Source: Anaerolineae bacterium
Lineage (GTDB): Bacteria; Chloroflexota; Anaerolineae; CG2-30-64-16
DNA length: 64,000 nucleotides
NCBI GenBank assembly: GCA_034432655.1
Contig: DAOUBP010000096.1
Span: forward strand, 1,849-65,848
Reading direction: 5' to 3'
The notes under the pieces were generated by a model. The model did no database searches. It had not been told where the DNA came from and was given only the letters and a program-made list of their open reading frames with translations. Position 1 is the stretch's first letter; the number at the start of each line of letters is the position of its first letter. Made by a program: the position numbers and the translations under genes. Shown here one piece after another: positions 50,435-59,306 of the stretch.

Positions 50435-51496
50435 TTACCGCAGCCGGGATGCGCGCCAGATCAGCAAGCCGGCGATAGCCAGCATGCTGGCCACCGCAAT
50501 CGCACCAGCACCTAACACGAGTGTCAAACGGGTGTTGCGTGCCCCGCTTGGAGGGGCCGGCAGCGGTGTTGCCGCTGGCCGCGTGGCCATATTCTCCAGG
50601 ACCGATGTGGCTGCTGCTTGGGCGAAAACCTGTGGCGCGTTTGTGGCCTCCGGGACCACTGCCTGAGTGGACACCGGCCCTGGTGGGCTGGCCGTCGTCA
50701 GCGGTGCCGGTTCCCCCACGGTCGGCGACGGCACCGGCGCAGGGAGGGCGGTCTCGCCCGGCGTCGGGGTCTCGGTGGGAGCCGGGACAAAAGACCCTCC
50801 GCCGGAAGGTGTGGGCGTGGCAACTTGCCCGACCGGCACCGATGTCGCAGCAGGCTGAGGCGTGGGTGTCCAGGCAGTTCCCGGGCCGGTGGTGGCCGTC
50901 GGCGGCGGGACGGGGGTGTTGGTGAACTGCCGTGTAGCGGTGGGTGCCGGTTGCGAGCCGCCGGCAGGTGGCTGCGTTGTCATGGTGGCGGTGCGGGTGG
51001 CCGTCGCAATGGAAGGTGCGGTGGCTGTATGAGTCGCCGTCACCGTGGCAGTAGGTGTTGCCGTGGCAGTAGGGGTTGCCTCGGGCTCCAGGCCGATACC
51101 TGCGTTCACCGGGCCGGCGCGTTGTCCGGGCCCGGCCGAAGTCAGCTCTTCGAGCAGATAGTAATAGCGCACGCCCGGCACCACGTCCATGTCACGATAC
51201 TCGTAGGTCGCCCCGGTGAATCCGTCGCCCTGAGCCGGCAGCGTTTGAACCGGTGTCCCCCATGCTGCGTTAGCGGCCAGCGGCTCCAGTGCCCGATACA
51301 AATTGAAACCGGCGGTATCGAACTCAGTGGCCGTCTCCCACACCACCAGGATCGAGCCATCTGCTTGCGGCGTGGCCTCAAACCGCGCCAGGGTGATGTT
51401 GGCGTTGACGGACAGGCTGCTCAGGCCAAGAAGCAACGCTATGGCGATAACTGTATAGCTGGTAATGATGAAAGGCGATCGTTTGTTATGCATCAT
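50435..51496 (-). CDS. Secreted FN3-like-domain protein with long P/T-rich stalk and C-terminal TM anchor + RASRLR tail
   Basis: signal peptide; GSILVVWETATEFDTAGFNLYRA...RYYYLLEE beta-sandwich; C-terminus LTLVLGAGAIAVASMLAIAGLLIWRASRLR-stop. Confidence 0.65.
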   Translation of the reverse strand: MMHNKRSPFIITSYTVIAIALLLGLSSLSVNANITLARFEATPQADGSILVVWETATEFDTAGFNLYRALEPLAANAAWGTPVQTLPAQGDGFTGATYEYRDMDVVPGVRYYYLLEELTSAGPGQRAGPVNAGIGLEPEATPTATATPTATVTATHTATAPSIATATRTATMTTQPPAGGSQPAPTATRQFTNTPVPPPTATTGPGTAWTPTPQPAATSVPVGQVATPTPSGGGSFVPAPTETPTPGETALPAPVPSPTVGEPAPLTTASPPGPVSTQAVVPEATNAPQVFAQAAATSVLENMATRPAATPLPAPPSGARNTRLTLVLGAGAIAVASMLAIAGLLIWRASRLR

Positions 51497-51516
51497 GTCC
51501 GTTTGGATTGTTGTTT

Positions 51517-53829
51517 TCAGCGCGCGATTAACGGCAGATAGACCGGCGTCAGTCTTGGCCCCGGCAAACGCAGCGCCGGGTCGCCGAACAACGTCATGGT
51601 CGGGATCAGATAGTTCGCGCCGAACACCTGCGTATATTGCCGCTTGGCGATGATGAGCGCCCGGCCCAGTTCTCGTACGTTATCTTTGAATAGCACGTTC
51701 ATCAGGATTTTGCGGAAGTTTTGCTGATCGCTGGTAACGCCCAGGCCCGACGGTGAAATGGCTGCAATAGAGCCACCCCCGGCACGGCGGAGCATGACCT
51801 CGGCGATGCTGGCCAGGGCCGGATCAGTGTGCGCGAAGTAGCCATCCAGGCAGTTGAATGTCATCACCACCGGCAACATGTCGCCGTTGGTCAGGCCGGG
51901 CACGTAGTTGTTGCGCCAGATGGATTCATGGGCCCACCGCTCCGGCGCGCCATGACCGGCATACTGCACCAGCCAGACACCCGACTGCAGAGTATTGGAG
52001 ATGATCGCGCGGGTGGCCTCGATCTCGGCCGATGTGGCTGGGACCGCAGGCGGACTGCCCGGCAAATACGCTCGGATGATTTCCAGATCTTTGGGGATGT
52101 AATTCGCGATGATCTCGTCGGACACGGCCGGAAAGTCGCCGGCGGAATCGGGGTTATCGGCCACGAACAGGGCCCGCTGTTGCCATGCTGCCTGGCGTGT
52201 CGTCTGATCGTAGTTGATGATCTTCTCCACCACGGTCTGGGCTTCTTCCAGGGTGTTCACGGCCAGCCGCCCCACCGCAATTTCCGGCACCAGGTCGCCA
52301 TCCAGATCCCCGTAGTGCCCGTCCGCAGGCACCTCGCCCTGCCAGGGGTCTACCCAGGCCAGGTAGGGCGGCACGTGGTTGGGACCAGGAGGGTATTTGG
52401 CCGGGTTATAGCCCTTGAAATTCCAATCGCCATCTCCCAGCAAGGTCAGGTAGGCCGGCGCGGGCGATGCCCAGTGAGTGCTGGCCCAGTTGAGCATGGT
52501 CGGCACGGCCTTGGGGTGCAGGATGCCGTAGTTGAACTCGTCGTAGATGTCCCGCATCTCGGCCACCAGGGCCCGACGGCCGTTGGCGCGATGCCAGTCG
52601 GCCAGTTGGTTGGCGGCCGGCAGCAGCGCAGCCGAGGTGACGATCACAGCATCGGCGCCGCCGGGCGGATTGCGCAGGCCGGTGTCCGGGCGCAGGCGCA
52701 GCGAGGCCGGCTTTGTAAATGTAGCAGTCTCTTGCAGCCAGTAGCGCGCGCCGGCCTGGTCGTTGGACCGGAAGCGGACATCGAAGGTCGCGCCGACAGG
52801 TGTCGCAGTCGCGTTGATCAGGATGCGGGGCGCGTACGGGTTGGTGACATCCCAAATCGTTATTGCACTGCTGGTCCAGCCGTGGCTTTCGTATTCCTGC
52901 GGCCCGTTCAGCTCAGCAGTGAAATCCAGCCTGCCTTCCCAGGCGCGGAACAAACGACGATAGTCTATCTCCCAATAATTCGCATAAACATCATCACTGG
53001 TATTGCCGGGCATGGTCCAGGCGCCAACCTGCACCGTTGTCGTGGGATGAACCAGGAGACCGGCGGGCAGGGACGCAGTGAAAACCATGCGCTTTTTGTC
53101 CGACCAGGTCTGGTCAATAACGCTCAGGCCGTTGACCGACACGGTGGTGCGATGGTCCGGGTTGGGGCCGGTGTAGGCGCGGCCGATCTCTTCCAGCCGG
53201 AAAGTAGCGGGTGAGTCCGGGGCCGGGTAGGGCACGGTGTAGGGCAAGGTGACTGTAACGGCACTGCCAACGGACAGGGGCGGCCGCAGCCGGGCCCAGA
53301 ACCAGGTATCCTGGGTGTCGAGGATGAGGGTGTGTAACGTCCACCACTCTAGCGATTCCTCGGCGCGTAGGGTTGTGGGGAAGTCGGCCGGGGGTGTCAG
53401 ATCGCCGATAGGGGCGGCATCCACCTCGGCGATGCGTGGCCCGGCCGTGCCGCCGACCTCCAGCCAGTAGACGCGCTCATCCGTGTACTTCTGTTCCATT
53501 TCCGGCCCGCGGAACTTCTGGCCGAAGAAAAGGAGGTGGTCCCCGGGATCAAACGAGCCGTCGGCCTCACCGATCACCTGGATGGCGACCGGTTCGCCCA
53601 GGCTGCTGAGGGCGAAGGTGCGCGGATCAACGGCCGTCGGGTCTATCCCGGCCGCGGCCAGGTCGTCCGGCCCGATGCGCACGATGCCGTCGGCCGTCAC
53701 GCCGATGCGAAGGCGGATGGCCGTCGTCGGCTCGAGCGGCTGCGCTCGCGCTGCGGCATATCCCGGCGCCTGGGGGAGCACTGTCCACAGCAAGGCCAAC
53801 ATTAGCAGGAGGCGAAAGGTGAGTTTCAT
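51517..53829 (-). CDS. Clan CD / family C25-like cysteine peptidase carrying C-terminal YLPLIAR
   Basis: signal peptide MKLTFRLLLMLALLWTVLP; QYAGHGAPERWA and LPVVMTFNCLDGYFAH; ends LFGDPALRLPGPRLTPVYLPLIAR. Confidence 0.65.
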   Translation of the reverse strand: MKLTFRLLLMLALLWTVLPQAPGYAAARAQPLEPTTAIRLRIGVTADGIVRIGPDDLAAAGIDPTAVDPRTFALSSLGEPVAIQVIGEADGSFDPGDHLLFFGQKFRGPEMEQKYTDERVYWLEVGGTAGPRIAEVDAAPIGDLTPPADFPTTLRAEESLEWWTLHTLILDTQDTWFWARLRPPLSVGSAVTVTLPYTVPYPAPDSPATFRLEEIGRAYTGPNPDHRTTVSVNGLSVIDQTWSDKKRMVFTASLPAGLLVHPTTTVQVGAWTMPGNTSDDVYANYWEIDYRRLFRAWEGRLDFTAELNGPQEYESHGWTSSAITIWDVTNPYAPRILINATATPVGATFDVRFRSNDQAGARYWLQETATFTKPASLRLRPDTGLRNPPGGADAVIVTSAALLPAANQLADWHRANGRRALVAEMRDIYDEFNYGILHPKAVPTMLNWASTHWASPAPAYLTLLGDGDWNFKGYNPAKYPPGPNHVPPYLAWVDPWQGEVPADGHYGDLDGDLVPEIAVGRLAVNTLEEAQTVVEKIINYDQTTRQAAWQQRALFVADNPDSAGDFPAVSDEIIANYIPKDLEIIRAYLPGSPPAVPATSAEIEATRAIISNTLQSGVWLVQYAGHGAPERWAHESIWRNNYVPGLTNGDMLPVVMTFNCLDGYFAHTDPALASIAEVMLRRAGGGSIAAISPSGLGVTSDQQNFRKILMNVLFKDNVRELGRALIIAKRQYTQVFGANYLIPTMTLFGDPALRLPGPRLTPVYLPLIAR
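51520..51540 (-). other. C-terminal YLPLIAR motif (last 7 residues) of C25-like peptidase
   Basis: ...PGPRLTPVYLPLIAR-stop. Confidence 0.75.
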
Positions 53830-53896
53830 ATTCTTATTGTACCTCGTTTGTCACGCCCTGGCAAAGCGCTACGGTTGCGGCAGTGGAACTGACATG

Positions 53897-53921
53897 CCAG
53901 GCACCTCAAAGGTGCCTGGCA
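53897..53921. other. 10-bp-stem hairpin between M14 and C25 genes
   Basis: gccaggcacc-tcaaa-ggtgcctggc; no U-tract on the coding (-) strand. Confidence 0.3.
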
Positions 53922-53941
53922 CGTGACCGGCTGTTCTTGGG

Positions 53942-56056
53942 TCAGTTCCCGGCGGTCAGGGCAAAGCTGAACGCGGCGATGCGCGGGCCGGGTTCAGAGG
54001 CCGCAGCGCAAGCATTCGTCCCGCGCACAATGTAAAAGTGGTTGGCGGCCGGATCACCTGCGCCGTTCGGGTCATCGAAGGTTAGCGTCATGGTGCCCGT
54101 GAGCAGCACATCACCGATCTTGGTTGCGTTGGGGTCGCCAGGCAGGAAGTAGGGCTGAGCGCTCCGCCAGACTTCATAGGCGTCGTTGGCGGCCACGTGC
54201 ACCCAGGCCAGGCTGACCGTTGTGCCATGCAGCTCGGCGGTCAGGTTGGCCGGCGGCAAGGGGGTCATGCACGGGGATTCGATGGTCAGAAATACCGCTG
54301 TCGGGACCCCCCACTGGCCGTTGGTATCTTGTGCTTCGATGAAAAGGATGTGCCGGCCCGGGGCCCAGGCGGTGGTGTCCATGGAAGCGGTCAGGCCCTC
54401 GGCCGGCGCGTTGAACGAACCATCAGCTGCGCTCATCGGATGGGGAGTACCGTCTTGCCAGGAAGGCACATCTACGGTGTAACGGGCCGCCGCCACGTTC
54501 TGCGTCGGTTCGATGCCGTGGCCGTTGCTGTTGAACCGGCCGTCGTCGGCGGTTGCTGTGATGGTTACCGCCGTGCCACGTGTGATCGTGCCGGACCCGG
54601 CCACTGCGTTTATCACCTCGGGGCCGGCCGGATCCTGGTAAGGCCGTCGCGCCACCTTGAACGCGTACTTCAGGGCCGGCAGGTTGCGGGGCAGGACGTC
54701 GTTCTCGAAGGCGGAGCAGGACTGGAAGAAAGCCGTGCCCAGCTCGAAAGTGTAGGCTGCGATACCCAGGTCACCGTAGGCGAAGTCGTCGGTGGTGCCG
54801 GAGGCAGTGTAGAGGCACGGGCCTGCCGCGCACACTTCGTAACCGTTATAGAATCCGAACTTGCGGCCCAGGGTCTGAAGCTGGACATGGTTGGGCGCCT
54901 GCTGTGATGAGGTCCAACCCCAGGGGAAGAGCACCAGCTGGCTGTAGCTGTGCAGGGTGATCATCAGCCCTTCGGTGGTGGCAGGCGCGGGATCGGTATC
55001 TCCGGGTCCGCGTTGATCGGCGAAGAGGGCGCGTAGACGGCTTTCCAGTGTTTGCACTTCGGGTTCAGAACCCGCCGCGGGGCCGCGGTAGGTCTCGCTG
55101 CAGGCATCGCCGCTGCTGCCGCCCATGCCCCATTTGAAAGTGCTGTTGCGGTTCAGGTCGGTACCATAAGTATAACCGAACTGCGGATAACTGGCGGTAC
55201 ATCCGTCATCGTTGTCGGTGTTCTTGCGCCACGAGTCGCCGGCCTCGGCCTTCTTGCGGCCATCGGGGTTGGCCTGGAACACAACGTGCAGCTCGTAGCG
55301 ATCCAGCAACCAGGTGGTGTCGGCGTCCACACCGTAGTCGGCCACCAGCTTCTCAACGTAGCGCGCGGCCAGCTCGGCCGTGGTGTACTCGCGGGCGTGG
55401 ATGGCCGCCATCAGGAAGAAACGCGGCTTGGGGCCAGGGATCCCTTTGTTTGTCAGCGTCAGTTCGTAAAGGTCATAGCCGGCCGGCCCGCCTGGGGTTA
55501 CCTTGTCCCAGCTGTCGCCGATGTCGGTCCAGGTGGCCAGGTCGGGGTGTGCGGCCGCCAGCGCGGCCATGCTGTTGTAGGTCTCCTCCACGGTGCGGTA
55601 GCAGGGATAGCCGGGGATGCCGGTCGTCTGGCCGGGGGCCATCTGGCGCGGGGCCAGCAGCGCTTCGGTCTGCGCCTGATCAATCTCGATCCGATAGCCG
55701 GCTGCGAGCAACATCGCATAGCGCTGCGGGCTGAGCAACGCCAGTGCATACCCCTCGACGCGGTTTACCTCCCAGATGTCCAGTACTGTGGCGAGACGAT
55801 CCAGATCGGCTTTGTTCGTGTAGTAAATGCGACCGACAATGGGGCCGGTCGGTGGGGCCTCCTGTGCGACCCGGTTTGACGGGTCCGTGGTTGCGGATAC
55901 GGGTTGCTCTGCCGGCGTTACGCCGGGTTTTGACAGCGTGTCAAACGGCTGCTGTGGTGAGGGTGCGGCCGCCATAAGGGCTTGCGGCCAGACAGCTGCC
56001 GGGCCAAGCGCCAACAAGAAGCTGATGATGAGAACTACCCGCAAGAATGGACGCAT
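53942..56056 (-). CDS. M14 zinc carboxypeptidase with C-terminal beta-sandwich domains (last is the FN3-like domain shared with the S8 protease)
   Basis: start chosen at MRPFLRVVLIISFLLALGPAAVW with GGAAGG RBS (ORF opens at 56122); HAREYTTAE zinc-binding motif. Confidence 0.7.
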   Translation of the reverse strand: MRPFLRVVLIISFLLALGPAAVWPQALMAAAPSPQQPFDTLSKPGVTPAEQPVSATTDPSNRVAQEAPPTGPIVGRIYYTNKADLDRLATVLDIWEVNRVEGYALALLSPQRYAMLLAAGYRIEIDQAQTEALLAPRQMAPGQTTGIPGYPCYRTVEETYNSMAALAAAHPDLATWTDIGDSWDKVTPGGPAGYDLYELTLTNKGIPGPKPRFFLMAAIHAREYTTAELAARYVEKLVADYGVDADTTWLLDRYELHVVFQANPDGRKKAEAGDSWRKNTDNDDGCTASYPQFGYTYGTDLNRNSTFKWGMGGSSGDACSETYRGPAAGSEPEVQTLESRLRALFADQRGPGDTDPAPATTEGLMITLHSYSQLVLFPWGWTSSQQAPNHVQLQTLGRKFGFYNGYEVCAAGPCLYTASGTTDDFAYGDLGIAAYTFELGTAFFQSCSAFENDVLPRNLPALKYAFKVARRPYQDPAGPEVINAVAGSGTITRGTAVTITATADDGRFNSNGHGIEPTQNVAAARYTVDVPSWQDGTPHPMSAADGSFNAPAEGLTASMDTTAWAPGRHILFIEAQDTNGQWGVPTAVFLTIESPCMTPLPPANLTAELHGTTVSLAWVHVAANDAYEVWRSAQPYFLPGDPNATKIGDVLLTGTMTLTFDDPNGAGDPAANHFYIVRGTNACAAASEPGPRIAAFSFALTAGN

Positions 56057-56187
56057 CTCGGCCTTCCTTTCAGTGATGCTGGGAAATGGCGGTGGCAGAC
56101 CGCCTGCAAGTCTGCTCATCAAAAGGGTGTCTGTCCGCCCTGGCTATACCACGCGAGCCTGGGTGACCCCTGTCGCCTCCAGAAATT

Positions 56188-56203
56188 TGCGAAATGAATT
56201 TCG
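56188..56203. promoter_or_regulatory. 16-bp near-palindrome gcgaaatGAatttcgc in M14-S8 intergenic region
   Basis: 7-bp inverted arms; candidate operator or small terminator hairpin. Confidence 0.25.
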
Positions 56204-56217
56204 CGCGACATTGCGGG

Positions 56218-58320
56218 CTACGGGCGCGTCAGGGCAAAGTCGAATTCCCCGCCCCGATTTGATGGCAGCGACCGGCCGCCGCCCGCCCCGATGGCATACG
56301 CCACGTAGAAATGATTTACGGTTGGGTCGCCGATCGCGGCCGCGGCATCGGTGCAAGTGACGATCGCGCCTGCTTGGGTGCAGGCCGTGGGGAAGATTTC
56401 GATCCCTTCCGTGCCGGGCACGAAGTAGGGCGCAGTCCCGCGCCAGAGCTCGTACCCTGTCACGTTGCCGCTCAGCGCCGTCCATCCCAACTGCAAGCCT
56501 GCCACGGACCATTCGACGCGCAGGTCGGTCACTGCAGGGATGGGAACCAGCGCAAAGTCGTACCCGGTGGTCTGCCCACCCACAACGTACAAGGGTTCCG
56601 CGGTCCCAGGGTCGTAACCCGGCGTTGAGACCTCAACCCGGTACTTGCCCCACGGCTGGCTGAAGCTCCAACGGCCATCCCCCGCAGTGGTTGTATCTGC
56701 CAGAGGTGTGGCGCTGCCGGCCGCGAAAAGGGTCACCTGGACGTCGGCCAACGGCGCGCCTGTCTCGGCATCGGTGACGGTGCCCGTCAGCGTGCCGGGT
56801 TGGCCGAGCGACTGAATGGCCCGTTGGGCGTTGACGATGCCCCAGCCGTAGCCGTTGTTAGGCACTGCGCCGGGGGCCGGGCCGCAGGTGTCATAGGTTT
56901 TGGGGTCAGCTGTGCGGGCCAAAATCTCTTTGATCAAATCGGTCTGGCCACGCAGTGCCGGCTCAGCTGCAAGGAGCAGCGCGGCCACTCCGGCCACGTG
57001 GGGCCCGGCCATGCTGGTGCCCGACATGGTGCTGTACCTGGCGGATGTGCTGCTGGGCACGCTGGAGCGCACGCTCACTCCCGGTGCGCTGATGTTCGGC
57101 TTCAGAAACGTCTGACCGTTATAGGAGACCGGCCCGCGGCTGGAAAAGCTCGCCAGCCCGTCGGCCGAGTCTGTGGCGCCGACCGAGAATGCTGCCGGGT
57201 AGATAGCGGGGGGATCTACTACTGTGTTGCATGACGACCCGCTGTTGCCGGCCGAGACTACCACCAGGATGCCTGCTGCGTCGGCCGCGTTGAGGATCGG
57301 CTCGATCTCTGGCCCGGTGCACCCCTCGGACGGCGGACAGCCCCACGAGTTGTTGATGATGTCCGGCGCCTGGCTGGGATCGCCTTGGGCAGTGGTGCCA
57401 CCGACTGGATAAGGCGCGATCAACCATTCGAAGCATTCGATGTACGTGGAAGGCGTGCCGTAGCCGTTATTCATATTACGGCAGCCGATCCAGCGTGCGC
57501 CCGGCGCAACACCGATCGCGTTGGTTGCCGCTGCGGGCCAACCGGACGCGTCAGGCGCCAGGTCATTGCCGACCATGGTCCCCATGGTGTGCGTGCCGTG
57601 GGAGTTATCGTCGCACGGGGCCGGGCTATCTGCGCCGCAGGAGCTGCCCCCGGTATGAATGGCATCGTGCCAGTTGTAATCGTGGCTGACCGTGGCTGTA
57701 CCACGATCGTAGCCGCGGTAGGCGTTGATCAACGCCGGGTGGTCCCAGTCGTAGCCGGTGTCCTGGCCGGCCACCACCACACCCTGGCCGGTGATGCCCT
57801 GGCTCCAGGCCCACGGCGCCTTGACCCGGTTCACACCCCATTCGACCGCCTGTGGGCCGGCCAGGGCGGGCAGGGCTTCAGCGGGTTCGGGGATGGCGCG
57901 GTAAGGTGTGTCCGGCAGGATGGCAGTTACCTCGGGCAGCGTTGCCATCCTGGCGATTTGCGCCGTGGTCAGCCGCGCAGCCACCGCGTTCACGATCCAG
58001 AACGCGCGGTACGCGACCCGTTCGCGTTGCAATTGAGCGATCAGCGGCCTTTGGCTGCGTGCGGCTGCAGCGCGCAGCGTTTCGGCCACCCACCGGCCCC
58101 GTGCAACCTTGTCCGATAGACCGTATGCAGGGCTCAGGTCAGGTTGGGGGCCAAGTAAGATCAGGACATCGGCCGCGCCGTCCTGTGCCAGCAGCGTGCG
58201 CACGCGCGGGTCAATTGCAACGGAAGAGCCGTCCTCAGCAACCGCCGGCCTGGCTGATCCGGCCAGGAGTGCCAGGAGCAGCCACCCTGCCAGCACCGCG
58301 CGCAGGCAATTCAGCGTCAT
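56218..58320 (-). CDS. S8 subtilisin-like serine peptidase with C-terminal FN3-like domain
   Basis: start chosen at MTLNCLRAVLAGWLLLALLA with GAGGAGGA RBS (ORF opens at 58377); catalytic D (VVAGQDTGYD), H (HGTHTMGT), S (GTSMAGPHVAG). Confidence 0.8.
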   Translation of the reverse strand: MTLNCLRAVLAGWLLLALLAGSARPAVAEDGSSVAIDPRVRTLLAQDGAADVLILLGPQPDLSPAYGLSDKVARGRWVAETLRAAAARSQRPLIAQLQRERVAYRAFWIVNAVAARLTTAQIARMATLPEVTAILPDTPYRAIPEPAEALPALAGPQAVEWGVNRVKAPWAWSQGITGQGVVVAGQDTGYDWDHPALINAYRGYDRGTATVSHDYNWHDAIHTGGSSCGADSPAPCDDNSHGTHTMGTMVGNDLAPDASGWPAAATNAIGVAPGARWIGCRNMNNGYGTPSTYIECFEWLIAPYPVGGTTAQGDPSQAPDIINNSWGCPPSEGCTGPEIEPILNAADAAGILVVVSAGNSGSSCNTVVDPPAIYPAAFSVGATDSADGLASFSSRGPVSYNGQTFLKPNISAPGVSVRSSVPSSTSARYSTMSGTSMAGPHVAGVAALLLAAEPALRGQTDLIKEILARTADPKTYDTCGPAPGAVPNNGYGWGIVNAQRAIQSLGQPGTLTGTVTDAETGAPLADVQVTLFAAGSATPLADTTTAGDGRWSFSQPWGKYRVEVSTPGYDPGTAEPLYVVGGQTTGYDFALVPIPAVTDLRVEWSVAGLQLGWTALSGNVTGYELWRGTAPYFVPGTEGIEIFPTACTQAGAIVTCTDAAAAIGDPTVNHFYVAYAIGAGGGRSLPSNRGGEFDFALTRP

Positions 58321-58469
58321 AAGGTCCTCCTCAAAGAGTTGCGCTATACAACTCATTCCCCTGAGGCGGGAGGTCATTGCTGTTCTAATCCTCTGGGAGG
58401 ATCAGGCACAGAGGGTATGTCTGATGGCCAAGTGTTGATGACCGGCTGGCAATTCAGATCCGTAAAATC

Positions 58470-58499
58470 ATGATACCAGAGACTGCTATTTCCATGCAA
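58470..58499 (-). promoter_or_regulatory. Candidate promoter for S8/protease operon (TTGCAT-18-TGgTATCAT on - strand)
   Basis: reverse complement of atgcaa...atgata. Confidence 0.3.
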
Positions 58500-58510
58500 C
58501 TACGAGTCCT

Positions 58511-58540
58511 TTGGCAGAGCCGCGCAGGGCGTGATAGAAT
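58511..58540 (+). promoter_or_regulatory. Candidate sigma70 promoter TTGGCA-18-TAGAAT for DUF72 gene
   Basis: ttggca 58511-58516, tagaat 58535-58540. Confidence 0.4.
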
Positions 58541-58573
58541 GCAGTTTGCAGAAGATGCGGGCCTTGTTGCACT

Positions 58574-59302
58574 GTGACGAGAAAAAGTATGGCTCTCTAT
58601 GTCGGGTGTTGCGGCTTCGGCCGCGCACGGGCTGAGTACTACCGCCGATTTGGGCTGGTAGAGGTGCAGCAAACTTTCTACAAGCCGCCGCAGCCGGCCA
58701 CCGTCCGGCGCTGGCGGGAGGAGGCGCCGGCCGCCTTCCGGTTCACCGTCAAAGCCTGGCAGTTGATCACCCATGAGCCATCGTCGCCCACGTACCGCAA
58801 GGCCGGCGTCTCTCTCGCTGGCCCGCCAGAACACTATGGTGCGTTCCGCCTCACCGCAGAAGTGACGGCAGCCTGGGAGCGGACGCAGGAGATCGCGCTG
58901 GCGCTGCAGGCGCCGGTTGTGCTTTTTCAGTGTCCGGCCAGCTTTGGGCCGACGGCCGAGCACGTGATGAACCTGCGCCGCTTCTTCAGCGAAGTGGCGC
59001 GGGGCAGCCTGACTTTCGCCTGGGAGCCGCGCGGGGATTGGCCGGACGATCTGGTGCGTTCGTTGTGCGAGGAACTGGGGTTGATCCACGCGGTGGACCC
59101 GTTCAGCAGGCTGCCGGTCACTGATGGCCTCGCCTACTTTCGCTTACATGGCCTCACCGGTTATCGCTACCGTTTCACCGATGACGACCTCCGGCGGGTG
59201 TTGACCTGGTGTGGGGGATATGCTGAGGTCTATTGTCTCTTCAACAACGTGAGTATGTGGGAGGATGCGGGGCGGTTGGTGGGGCTTGCGGCTGGCGCTT
59301 GA
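58574..59302 (+). CDS. DUF72 (UPF0759) family protein
   Basis: N-terminus LYVGCCGFG...FYKPP and overall length typical of DUF72. Confidence 0.55.
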   Translation: MTRKSMALYVGCCGFGRARAEYYRRFGLVEVQQTFYKPPQPATVRRWREEAPAAFRFTVKAWQLITHEPSSPTYRKAGVSLAGPPEHYGAFRLTAEVTAAWERTQEIALALQAPVVLFQCPASFGPTAEHVMNLRRFFSEVARGSLTFAWEPRGDWPDDLVRSLCEELGLIHAVDPFSRLPVTDGLAYFRLHGLTGYRYRFTDDDLRRVLTWCGGYAEVYCLFNNVSMWEDAGRLVGLAAGA

Positions 59303-59306
59303 AGGC

